In this document: piece after piece, positions 55,882 to 64,000 of the stretch
How positions within the stretch are numbered: the stretch's first letter is position 1
Layout of the letters: every line of letters begins with the position of its first letter
DNA from: Thermodesulfobacteriota bacterium
Lineage (GTDB): Bacteria > Desulfobacterota > Desulfobacteria > Desulfobacterales > SURF-7
Length of the DNA: 64,000 nucleotides
NCBI GenBank assembly: GCA_049320885.1
Contig: JBMORA010000028.1
Location: 32,001 to 96,000, forward strand
Direction: 5' to 3'
Notes under the pieces: generated by a model
The model's input: only the letters and a program-made list of their open reading frames with translations
Databases searched by the model: none
Told to the model about the DNA's origin: nothing
Made by a program: the position numbers and the translations under genes

Positions 55882-56862
55882 ATGACTTCACAGAGACGCG
55901 GACATATGAAACCATCTTCTGCAACCCCACGGGCGGTTTTGGAAGCCCCCCGGCCGGAAACAGTCCGGGCGGCTTCCGCAGCCGGCAGGCTGGCGGCTGA
56001 TCCGGAGCTTTGGCGCAAACGCAACCGCCGCCAGAAAATCATTTTCAGCCTGTTCCAAGCAGCGGCGGTCATCAACGGATCGGCCCTGGTTCTGGTGGTG
56101 GGATTCATTTTTTTGCGGGGCTGGCGCGCCGTCACCTGGACATTCCTGATCCAGCCGCCCCTGGATTCCATGACCCGGGGGGGAATTCTTCCCTGTATTG
56201 TCGGCACCCTGCTGCTGAGCCTGGGCGCCATCGCGGTGGCCATGCCCATCGGGGTGGCCTCGGCCATCTATCTGAACGAATACGCCGCCAGCGGCCGCCT
56301 GCTCCGGATCATCCGCCTGGGGATCAACAACCTTGCCGGCGTGCCATCCATCGTTTTCGGCTTGTTCGGTCTGTCCTTTTTCGTGATCTATCTGAAAATG
56401 GGCGTGAGCATCCTGGCCGGCGCATTGACCCTGGGGGTCATGACCCTTCCGGTGATGATCGGCGCCACCGAGGAAGCCCTGAAGGCCGTACCGAATACTT
56501 TCCGGGAAGCCTCGCTGGGGCTGGGCGCCACCAAGTTTCAGACCATCCTGCGGGTGGTCCTGCCCTCGGCCCTCCCCGGCATCCTCACCGGCGGCATTCT
56601 GGGAATCAGCCGGGCCGCCGGGGAGACGGCGCCCATCATGTTCACCGCCGCCGTCTATTATACGCCGGATCTGCCGGAATCCATCTTTGATGAAATCATG
56701 GCCCTGCCCTATCACATCTATGTGCTGGCCACCGCCGGAACGGAAATCGAAAAAACGCGCCCCCTGCAATACGGAACCTCCCTGGTGCTGATCGTGCTGG
56801 TCCTGGGCATGACCCTGGCGGCGGTCCTGTATCGCTCCCGGTTGCGGCGCCGCATGCGTTGA
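55882..56862 (+). CDS. pstA: Phosphate ABC transporter permease PstA
   Basis: GGILPCIVGT, NLAGVPSIVFGLFG, TEEALKAVP, RAAGETAP. Alternative start at 55906. Confidence 0.95.
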   Translation: MTSQRRGHMKPSSATPRAVLEAPRPETVRAASAAGRLAADPELWRKRNRRQKIIFSLFQAAAVINGSALVLVVGFIFLRGWRAVTWTFLIQPPLDSMTRGGILPCIVGTLLLSLGAIAVAMPIGVASAIYLNEYAASGRLLRIIRLGINNLAGVPSIVFGLFGLSFFVIYLKMGVSILAGALTLGVMTLPVMIGATEEALKAVPNTFREASLGLGATKFQTILRVVLPSALPGILTGGILGISRAAGETAPIMFTAAVYYTPDLPESIFDEIMALPYHIYVLATAGTEIEKTRPLQYGTSLVLIVLVLGMTLAAVLYRSRLRRRMR

Positions 56863-56916
56863 GGCAGGAGACTTCTTCGTGCAAGGAACAGTGAAACACG
56901 GAACGGAACGATCGAC

Positions 56917-57693
56917 ATGACCCATCCCGAAACGGAACGACCGTACAAAATGCAGTCCAGGGGCCTGAACTTCTTTTATGGCGGCTCCCAGGCCCTTCAT
57001 GATATTCATCTGGATTTTCTTTCCCATCAGGTCACGGCCCTCATCGGACCCTCGGGATGCGGCAAAAGCACCTTCCTGAGATGTCTGAACCGGATGAACG
57101 ACCTGATTCCGAAAACCCGGGTCACCGGAGAGCTGCTGCTGGACGGTCGCAATATCTACGCCCCGGATATCGACGTGGTCGCCCTGCGCAGCCGCATCGG
57201 CATGGTATTCCAGAAACCGAACCCCTTTCCCAAAACCATTTTCGAAAACGTCGCCTATGGGTTGCGGGTAAAGGGAATCAAGGACAAGCGGTTCATCACC
57301 GAGCAGGTTGAAAAGACCCTCAAACAGGGTGCGCTCTGGGAAGAAGTGAAGGATCGGCTGCACGATTCGGCCCTGGGGCTGTCCGGGGGCCAGCAGCAGC
57401 GCCTCTGCATCGCCCGGGCCCTGGCCGTGGAACCGGAAATCCTGCTGATGGACGAGCCCTGCTCGGCCCTGGATCCCATCGCGACCCAGAAAATCGAGGA
57501 CCTGATCCACGAATTAAAGGAAAACTACACCATCATCGTGGTCACCCACAACATGCAGCAGGCGGCCAGGGTCTCGGACATAACCGCGTTCTTCTATCTG
57601 GGAAAACTGATCGAGGTTGGCGAGACCGACACCCTGTTCACCAGACCGCGGCTGAAGCAGACCGAGGATTATATCACCGGGCGGTTTGGGTAG
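56917..57693 (+). CDS. pstB: Phosphate ABC transporter ATP-binding protein PstB
   Basis: [47 protein letters not shown]. Confidence 0.97.
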   Translation: MTHPETERPYKMQSRGLNFFYGGSQALHDIHLDFLSHQVTALIGPSGCGKSTFLRCLNRMNDLIPKTRVTGELLLDGRNIYAPDIDVVALRSRIGMVFQKPNPFPKTIFENVAYGLRVKGIKDKRFITEQVEKTLKQGALWEEVKDRLHDSALGLSGGQQQRLCIARALAVEPEILLMDEPCSALDPIATQKIEDLIHELKENYTIIVVTHNMQQAARVSDITAFFYLGKLIEVGETDTLFTRPRLKQTEDYITGRFG

Positions 57694-57737
57694 GAAGAAG
57701 ATAGAATTATCTCAATATGCGGAGAGGAAAACAGCCG

Positions 57738-58400
57738 ATGCCAAAACATCTGCAACGCGAGCTGGATAAAATCAAAAAAACCATCCTCACCCTGGGCGCC
57801 ATGGTGGAAGAGCGGGTACGCATGGCGGTCCAGTCCATTGAAAGCCGGGATGAGGCCCTGGCCCAACGGGTGATTCAGGCGGATCACGATATTGACGAGA
57901 TGGAAGTCGAAATTGAGGAGGAATGCCTCAAAATCCTGGCCCTGCATCAGCCGGTGGCCGTGGATCTGCGGTTTATCGTGGCGGTGATCAAAATCAACAA
58001 CGAACTGGAAAGCATCGCCGATCAGACCGTCAATATCGCCCAGCGCGTCATGACCATTGCCAGACGGCCGGCTTTCGAAACGGTTTTCGATTTTTCCCTG
58101 ATGGCGGAAAAGGCCCAGGCCATGCTCAAGAAAAGCCTGGACGCCCTGGTCAATCTGGATGTAGATTTGGCTTTCAAGGTATTGTTGATGGATGATGAGG
58201 TGGACCGCCTGCGCAACGAGGCCTATGATCAAATCAAGAAAGCCATGGCGGCCAACCCGGATCGCCTGGGGCTGTTGATCAACATGCTGCTGATTTCGCG
58301 GCATCTGGAACGACTGGCGGATTACACCACCAATATAGCGGAAGAAGTCATTTATCTCATTGAAGGTGAAATCATTCGTCACGGAAGATCGAACCTATGA
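57738..58400 (+). CDS. phoU: Phosphate signalling protein PhoU
   Basis: LALHQPVAVDLR, ELESIAD, HLERLADY, NIAEEVIY. Confidence 0.95.
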   Translation: MPKHLQRELDKIKKTILTLGAMVEERVRMAVQSIESRDEALAQRVIQADHDIDEMEVEIEEECLKILALHQPVAVDLRFIVAVIKINNELESIADQTVNIAQRVMTIARRPAFETVFDFSLMAEKAQAMLKKSLDALVNLDVDLAFKVLLMDDEVDRLRNEAYDQIKKAMAANPDRLGLLINMLLISRHLERLADYTTNIAEEVIYLIEGEIIRHGRSNL

Positions 58401-59089
58401 TATCCAAAACCATTCTCGTAGTGGACGATGAGGAAGACATCCTCGAACTGGTCCGGTACAACCTGACCCGGGAAGGATACCGGATCATCACCGCCGAGAC
58501 CGGTGAAACCGCCGTTAGCCTGGTGGGGAAAGAGGACATCGACCTGATCGTGCTGGATTTGATGTTGCCGGGCATGGATGGGCTGGAGGTCACCCGGTAC
58601 CTGAAAAACAACTCCCGGACCCGTTCCATCCCCATCATCATGCTCACCGCCAAGGGCGAGGAACCCGATATCGTGGCCGGCCTGGAACTCGGCGCCGACG
58701 ATTACATCACCAAACCGTTTTCACCCCGGGTATTGATGGCCCGGGTGAAAGCGGTGGTCCGCCGCCGTGATCACCAGGAACCGAAAGCGGATGAACTGAT
58801 CCGCATGGGCGAATTGACCATTCATCCCGGACGCCACGAAGTCGCCATCGCGGGACAAGCCGTGGAGTTGACCCTCACGGAATTTCAAATCCTGCAGTAT
58901 CTGTCCAAACGACCCGGCTGGGTGGCCACCCGCTCCCAGATCGTGGACGCCGTCCGGGGCGTTGGCTACGCCGTCACCGATCGCAGCGTCGATGTGCAAA
59001 TCGTCGGCTTGAGGAAAAAAATGGGCCAATACAGTCATTGGATTCAAACCGTGCGCGGTGTCGGCTACAAATTCAGGGAAAAACCATGA
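58397..59089 (+). CDS. phoB: Phosphate regulon response regulator (OmpR family)
   Basis: REC plus winged helix (DRSVDVQI, IQTVRGVGY). ATGA overlap with phoU. Confidence 0.88.
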   Translation: MISKTILVVDDEEDILELVRYNLTREGYRIITAETGETAVSLVGKEDIDLIVLDLMLPGMDGLEVTRYLKNNSRTRSIPIIMLTAKGEEPDIVAGLELGADDYITKPFSPRVLMARVKAVVRRRDHQEPKADELIRMGELTIHPGRHEVAIAGQAVELTLTEFQILQYLSKRPGWVATRSQIVDAVRGVGYAVTDRSVDVQIVGLRKKMGQYSHWIQTVRGVGYKFREKP

Positions 59090-60873
59090 CAAAACGGCGG
59101 CGTCTCATCTGGCAGCTCTATCCTTCCTATCTGTTGATCACGCTTTTTTCCCTGCTTGCGGTCAGCTGGTACACCTCCGCCTCCATGAAGCGGTTTCTGC
59201 TGGAGCGCACGGCAGCCGAACTCACCACCCAGGGCAATCTGCTGAAGGAAATGTTTCAGCAACATGTCATGCCGCTGGAAGAAGAACGGATCGACCGGGC
59301 CTGCAAAAGGGCGGCCGCGTCGACGGTGACCCGCCTCACCGTGATTCTGCCCGACGGCAAGGTCGCGGGCGATTCGGAAGCGGAACCCGCATCCATGGAA
59401 AATCACGGCGACCGTCCGGAGGTGCGCAAGGCGCTGGCCGGCAAGACATCTTCCGCCGTTCGCTACAGCACCACCCTGGAAAAAAACCTGATGTACGTTG
59501 CGATTCCGATTGTTGCGGAAGACAGCGTGGCGGCCATTCTGCGCGTCTCCAGTCCCATCGAAGCCATGGAGAAACAACTGAATTCCATCCGCCTGAGGAT
59601 CGCCCTCGGCGGGCTGTTCATGGCCGGCCTGGCCGCCGGCATCTGCCTGCTGGTCTCCCGCCGGATCGTCCGCCCCATTGAATACATGAAACAGGGGGTG
59701 GAGCAGTTCGCCAGGGGGGATCTGAAGCGCCCCCTGCTGGTGCCCGACACCCTGGAACTGGCCGGCCTGGCGGAGTCCATGAACGCGGTGGCCGTGCAGC
59801 TGGAAAACCGCATCGAAACCGTCATCAATCAGAAAAACGAATACGAATCGGTTCTGGCCAGCATGATGGAGGGCGTCATCGCCCTGGACATGAACGAATG
59901 CATCATCAGCATCAACCAGGCGGCCATGACGATTCTCGGGCAAACGACCGGGAATCTGAAAGGCCGGCGGATTCAGGAGTTGACCCGCAGCAGCGAACTC
60001 TATCAGTTCGTGTCCGACGCCATCTCCACGGGAAAACTGACGGAAGGCGACATCGTTTTCCATGCCGACGAGGAACGCATCGTTCATACCCAGAGCATCC
60101 CCCTGCGCAATGCCGTTGAAAAATGTATCGGCACCCTGCTGGTCCTGAACGACGTCACCCAGCTTCGCCAGTTGGAGACGATCCGGCGGGACTTTGTGGC
60201 CAACGTCTCCCACGAGATCAAAACTCCCCTCACCGCCATCAAGGGGTTCGTGGAGACCCTTCTCCAGGACAGGGTCGACAGCCAGGCGGAAGCCCATCGC
60301 TTCCTCACCATCATCGACAAGCACGTGGACCGGCTCAGCTCCATTGTCGAGGATCTGCTCTCCCTGGCCAGGATAGAGCAGAAAGGCGGCCCACAGGAAA
60401 TCAACCTGGAAAGCAAGCGGCTGAAGACGATCATGGAAACCGCCATCCAGGTGATTCAGCCCAAGGCGGAAGAAAAACACATCGCCATCCAGCTGGATTG
60501 CGACGACAGCCTTTGCGCCCGACTCGATGCCACCCTCATGGACCAGGCCCTGGTGAACCTCATCGACAACGCCGTCAAATACAGCCCCGAAGGCGGCAGC
60601 ATCCATCTCCGGGCCGGCATCAGGGGCATGGACATCGCCATCATGGTGACGGACAATGGTCCGGGCATCCCCCAGAAGCACCTTCCCCGGCTCTTCGAGC
60701 GTTTCTACCGCGTGGACAAGGCCAGAAGCCGGAAACTCGGCGGCACCGGCCTGGGACTGGCCATCGTCAAACACGCGGTCCAGTCCCATGGCGGCCAGGT
60801 CAGCGTGGAAAGCGCAGTGGGCAAAGGCACCACCTTCGAGATCCGTCTGCCCCAGTCTCTTCTGGAGAAATGA
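59086..60873 (+). CDS. phoR: Phosphate regulon sensor kinase
   Basis: TM, ENHGDRPEV, HAMP, PAS, FVANVSHEIKTPLT, FERFYRVDKARSRKLGGTGLGL. Confidence 0.9.
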   Translation: MTKRRRLIWQLYPSYLLITLFSLLAVSWYTSASMKRFLLERTAAELTTQGNLLKEMFQQHVMPLEEERIDRACKRAAASTVTRLTVILPDGKVAGDSEAEPASMENHGDRPEVRKALAGKTSSAVRYSTTLEKNLMYVAIPIVAEDSVAAILRVSSPIEAMEKQLNSIRLRIALGGLFMAGLAAGICLLVSRRIVRPIEYMKQGVEQFARGDLKRPLLVPDTLELAGLAESMNAVAVQLENRIETVINQKNEYESVLASMMEGVIALDMNECIISINQAAMTILGQTTGNLKGRRIQELTRSSELYQFVSDAISTGKLTEGDIVFHADEERIVHTQSIPLRNAVEKCIGTLLVLNDVTQLRQLETIRRDFVANVSHEIKTPLTAIKGFVETLLQDRVDSQAEAHRFLTIIDKHVDRLSSIVEDLLSLARIEQKGGPQEINLESKRLKTIMETAIQVIQPKAEEKHIAIQLDCDDSLCARLDATLMDQALVNLIDNAVKYSPEGGSIHLRAGIRGMDIAIMVTDNGPGIPQKHLPRLFERFYRVDKARSRKLGGTGLGLAIVKHAVQSHGGQVSVESAVGKGTTFEIRLPQSLLEK

Positions 60874-60922
60874 ACCATTATGTATGCAGGCTGCGCTTCC
60901 CCATTAGGATTTCAACGGTTTT

Positions 60923-62833
60923 TCAGCGCGACTGCCCGGCCAGCCGGCGGTAGGCTTCCCGGCTCACGGACCGCTCCTCGTGAATCATCCGGTCCCAGAT
61001 CCGCTGCTCCTTTTCCCAGGCGTCGCGGAAGGCGGCGCTCTCCTCGATTTCCTTCCACCGGCGATGGCAGCCGGCTGTTTTCCCGGCCTTGGGCTTGAGG
61101 CGGATGCGGCGGAAGACATCCCTGCCGCCGTGTTCGTACCAGAGCAGGGTATGAGCCGTGGACAGGGAGCCGGCCCAGGGATAGGAATGCAGCCACCAGC
61201 CCGAGGAAAGTTTCTCTATGGCCGCATCCAGTTTTTCCTGGTCCCGGTGGCTCTTGGAAGCCCTGGCCTCCGTGTAAAACAAAGCGGTCTGGAACACATC
61301 GCCTTTCACCCCCCACACTTCCCGGACGCCGTATTCCTCCGGATGACGGGCGATATGGGAGCCATGGCTCAGATCGAAACGGCCGCAGATGAACAGGGCC
61401 ACATCTTCTTGCAGGTCCTCGATCATCCGGAGCGTGGCGCGGGCCTCACCGTAAGTTTCCGTGGGAAATCCCAGGAAGCACATGGCTTCGGCGGCAATGC
61501 CGGCCGCCGACAGATTGCGGATGGCGGCCACGGCATTCTCCGTCGTGAGACCCTTGCGGATCAATTTCAGCACGCGTTCCGCCCCGCTCTCGATCCCCAG
61601 GGCGACGCTCAAGGCTCCGCCCTTTGCCAGCTCCCGACAGAATCCGGCCGTCAGGGCCGGCTCCGGCCGCATGTCCGTTCCCCAGCGGCAGTCGATACCG
61701 GCCGCCTGTATGCCCCTGGCCAGGGCAAGGGCGGTTTTCGGCGCCAGGGCGTCCTGGGAAAAGTAGATCATCCGGCAATCGAAACCGTCGACAAGAAGAC
61801 GGATATCCTCGATCATCCGCTCCACCGGCCGTTCCCGGTACGGCGCCACGCCGGATTCGCACAAGCCGTAATGACAGAAGGCGCATTTGCCCCAATAACA
61901 ACCGCGGGTGGGATCATAGGACAATACCGGCCGGGGACTGAAATAGGAAGCCAGGGGGAACCCACTGTAGTCTGGCACGGGAAGTTCCTCCATACTGCGA
62001 ACCGGCCGGCCGTAAAGGATAGGTTCCGGCTTCCGGCCGTTCCGCAACGCGACGATCAATTCTTCCAAAGCCGTCTCGCCCTCGAAGAGCACCGCGGAAT
62101 GAAAAGGCCCGAGCAAGTTCTTCCGTTGTTCCGGCGCCGCCCGGAGGAGCAGCTGGGTCATGGCCGGTCCTCCGGCGGTTACGTGCACATGGGGCAGCTG
62201 TCCGCGGACGGCATGGGCCAGGGAGTATGCTGGCTGAATCTGTCCGGGAAACGCCACCGAAATGCCCACAATCGGAATGGCCGCTTCCCGCAGTCTGGCC
62301 GTCAGTTCCCGGAAATATCCGCCAAACGGATCGTTGTCCGGACCGGCGTCCCGTTCGATCTCCGCGAGATTCAACAGGGAAAACGGCGTGCGGTAGGATT
62401 TGAAATCCATTTGCAGCGGTGTATAGGCGGCGCTCACCAGCCGGAGCGACTTTTCTACGGTTTCAACCGCCTCCTGATAGCGCGCCGGATCAAAAAACAG
62501 GCGGCCGGAACGATCCCGCAACACCGTCAAACTAGCCTGGATCCTGCCCGGGACCTCCTGCGCGAAGCAGGCCCCCCGGACAAGTTCATAATGCGCCAAT
62601 TGCTCTCCATGACTGCGCGCCGCCTTTTTTTCAAGGCGGCGGAGGCGTTTGTGGATCCGCTCCCCCAGTTTCCCAAGGTGCTCCGGCCGCAGCAGCCACT
62701 CAAAGGCTTCCACGTTGGCGTCGATGGCCAGCACCCGGATTCCCCGGGTTCTCAGGTATCCGGCCAGGGAAGGAACGGAAATATAGGGCGCCGTGGGATC
62801 GCAGGACGGGGGAAAAATCAGGGCTATGCTCAT
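60923..62833 (-). CDS. B12-binding-domain radical SAM protein
   Basis: N-terminal LIFPP...PYISVPSLAGYL, VGISVAFPGQ, AGGP, then RGCYWGKCAFC, GIESG, GFPTET. Start moved to ATG 62833. Confidence 0.88.
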   Translation of the reverse strand: MSIALIFPPSCDPTAPYISVPSLAGYLRTRGIRVLAIDANVEAFEWLLRPEHLGKLGERIHKRLRRLEKKAARSHGEQLAHYELVRGACFAQEVPGRIQASLTVLRDRSGRLFFDPARYQEAVETVEKSLRLVSAAYTPLQMDFKSYRTPFSLLNLAEIERDAGPDNDPFGGYFRELTARLREAAIPIVGISVAFPGQIQPAYSLAHAVRGQLPHVHVTAGGPAMTQLLLRAAPEQRKNLLGPFHSAVLFEGETALEELIVALRNGRKPEPILYGRPVRSMEELPVPDYSGFPLASYFSPRPVLSYDPTRGCYWGKCAFCHYGLCESGVAPYRERPVERMIEDIRLLVDGFDCRMIYFSQDALAPKTALALARGIQAAGIDCRWGTDMRPEPALTAGFCRELAKGGALSVALGIESGAERVLKLIRKGLTTENAVAAIRNLSAAGIAAEAMCFLGFPTETYGEARATLRMIEDLQEDVALFICGRFDLSHGSHIARHPEEYGVREVWGVKGDVFQTALFYTEARASKSHRDQEKLDAAIEKLSSGWWLHSYPWAGSLSTAHTLLWYEHGGRDVFRRIRLKPKAGKTAGCHRRWKEIEESAAFRDAWEKEQRIWDRMIHEERSVSREAYRRLAGQSR

Positions 62834-63078
62834 TAAAGACTCCAGGCTGTTCATGAACCGGTTTTTTCGCCGATCCATACCAGAAATTCCTCTTTTTTGA
62901 AAAAAGTCCATGCATTTCCGCATGGCCGATGGAAATCCGGCAGAAAAAACAGTTGCAATACGTTCCCGGTTCCGGTATGGAATGGCAGCTTACCGTTAAT
63001 AAAAATATAAACAATTTCATTTAGTTGCAATACAGACAGGCCGACGCGGCCATTACCGGACGGAAACGAGGAAGGGTT

Positions 63079-64000
63079 TTGAGAAAAATTCTGATCATCA
63101 AGCTGTCGTCGCTGGGAGATATTTTCATGGCGCTGCCCCATATCGAGGCGGTGGTCAACCATCATCCCGGCGACACCGTTTACCTGCTGACGACACCGCC
63201 CTTCGCGGATCTGTTCGCTCATCATCCCCGGTTGAAAACCGTCATTCTGGACCGCTCCAAATGGTTGGCTCCGGATAGCTCCCTGGGCAGGCGGAACTGG
63301 ATCCGGCAGGGGCGCTTCGACGTTGTCTACGATCTTCAAGGCAACCGTATCAGCCGCATGCTGGTGCGCGCCTCGAAAGCGCCCGTGCGGGTCGGGAAAA
63401 AAGGCGGTTCGGTGTATACCTGCCACCCGCCGTCCGACGACGAAGACCGGCATGTGTTCGAGCGCCTGACATCCTTTGTCGCCGCCGCCGGCGTGCCGGA
63501 GGTCCCTTCCCGGAGTACCCTGTATCCGTCTCTGGCCGACACGGAGCGGGTGGCCAGATGGAAGACGGATCATGGTATCCTGGACGGCCGGTATGTGATT
63601 TTTCACGCCGGTTCCAGTCCCGAATGGCCGTCCAAAAGATGGCCGGCCGATTACTACGAAAAGCTGGCCCTCCTGCTGGAGCAGGCGGGATTTCAGTGCA
63701 TCTGGGTGGGCGGCAGGGCGGACGAGGGACTGAACCACCGGCTGGCGTCCCGGGCGGGAGTCGACGCCACCGGCAAATTCAACACCATGCAACTGTATCT
63801 GCTGGGTGAAAACGCCGCCATGGCCGTCACCAATGATTCCGGCCCCATGCATATTCTGGCGGCGGCGGGCATTCCGGTGTTCACTTTTTTCGGCCCCACC
63901 AACTGGTTCAAGCACCATGCGGTGGGACAGAAGCAGCGGGTGATGTACCACCCCGTGGATTGCGGTCCCTGCTACCGCAAAAAATGCCCGCCCCGGTTCG
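63079..64000 (+). CDS. Glycosyltransferase family 9 (LPS heptosyltransferase-like), 3' truncated by the window edge
   Basis: Not in the ORF track. TTG start: MRKILIIKLSSLGDIFMALP...DLQG...HAGSS..KRWP...NDSGPMHILAAAG...FFGPT. Confidence 0.9.
   Translation, partial: MRKILIIKLSSLGDIFMALPHIEAVVNHHPGDTVYLLTTPPFADLFAHHPRLKTVILDRSKWLAPDSSLGRRNWIRQGRFDVVYDLQGNRISRMLVRASKAPVRVGKKGGSVYTCHPPSDDEDRHVFERLTSFVAAAGVPEVPSRSTLYPSLADTERVARWKTDHGILDGRYVIFHAGSSPEWPSKRWPADYYEKLALLLEQAGFQCIWVGGRADEGLNHRLASRAGVDATGKFNTMQLYLLGENAAMAVTNDSGPMHILAAAGIPVFTFFGPTNWFKHHAVGQKQRVMYHPVDCGPCYRKKCPPRF

Noticed and set aside
60923..62833. Radical SAM gene as the missing GRE activase
   Set aside because: About 636 aa with an N-terminal B12-binding-type domain and a mid-protein CxxxCxxC. 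Activases are much shorter with an N-terminal GCPLxCxWC-type motif.
1..64000. CRISPR array, rRNA, tRNA, integrase or transposase
   Set aside because: No regularly spaced repeats, RNA gene signatures or recombinase motifs were seen.

Overview
GC-rich bacterial chromosome segment. Gene content and style suggest an anaerobic deltaproteobacterium (Desulfobacterales-like); this is inferred, not proven. About 55 CDS are present. I found no rRNA, tRNA, CRISPR array or intact transposase. The centrepiece is a co-directional 10-gene cluster at 22944-34159: PadR regulator, extended SDR, classical SDR, a glycyl radical enzyme (GRE) matching no class I recognise (GCLEP Cys loop, RISGYS Gly loop), a two-subunit family-I CoA-transferase, an MmgE/PrpD protein, an atypical acyl-CoA dehydrogenase, a stand-alone SCP2-like protein and an aldehyde dehydrogenase. 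It has no GRE-activating enzyme and no microcompartment genes, and looks like an undescribed anaerobic catabolic pathway for a hydrophobic substrate. Other notable items: an O2-dependent AlkB-type alkane monooxygenase whose promoter shares a 12-bp motif with a palindrome at the MerR/beta-oxidation locus 47 kb away; a metallophosphatase, Ser/Thr kinase and diguanylate cyclase unit; an rtcA remnant beside two accessory genes; and a pstCAB-phoU-phoBR operon lacking pstS, preceded by an 11-bp-periodic Pho-box-like array. The rest is signalling proteins, acs/prpE, transporters and housekeeping or accessory enzymes. Start codons were adjusted by eye from RBS position and domain boundaries. All family assignments come from motif recognition, not database searches.
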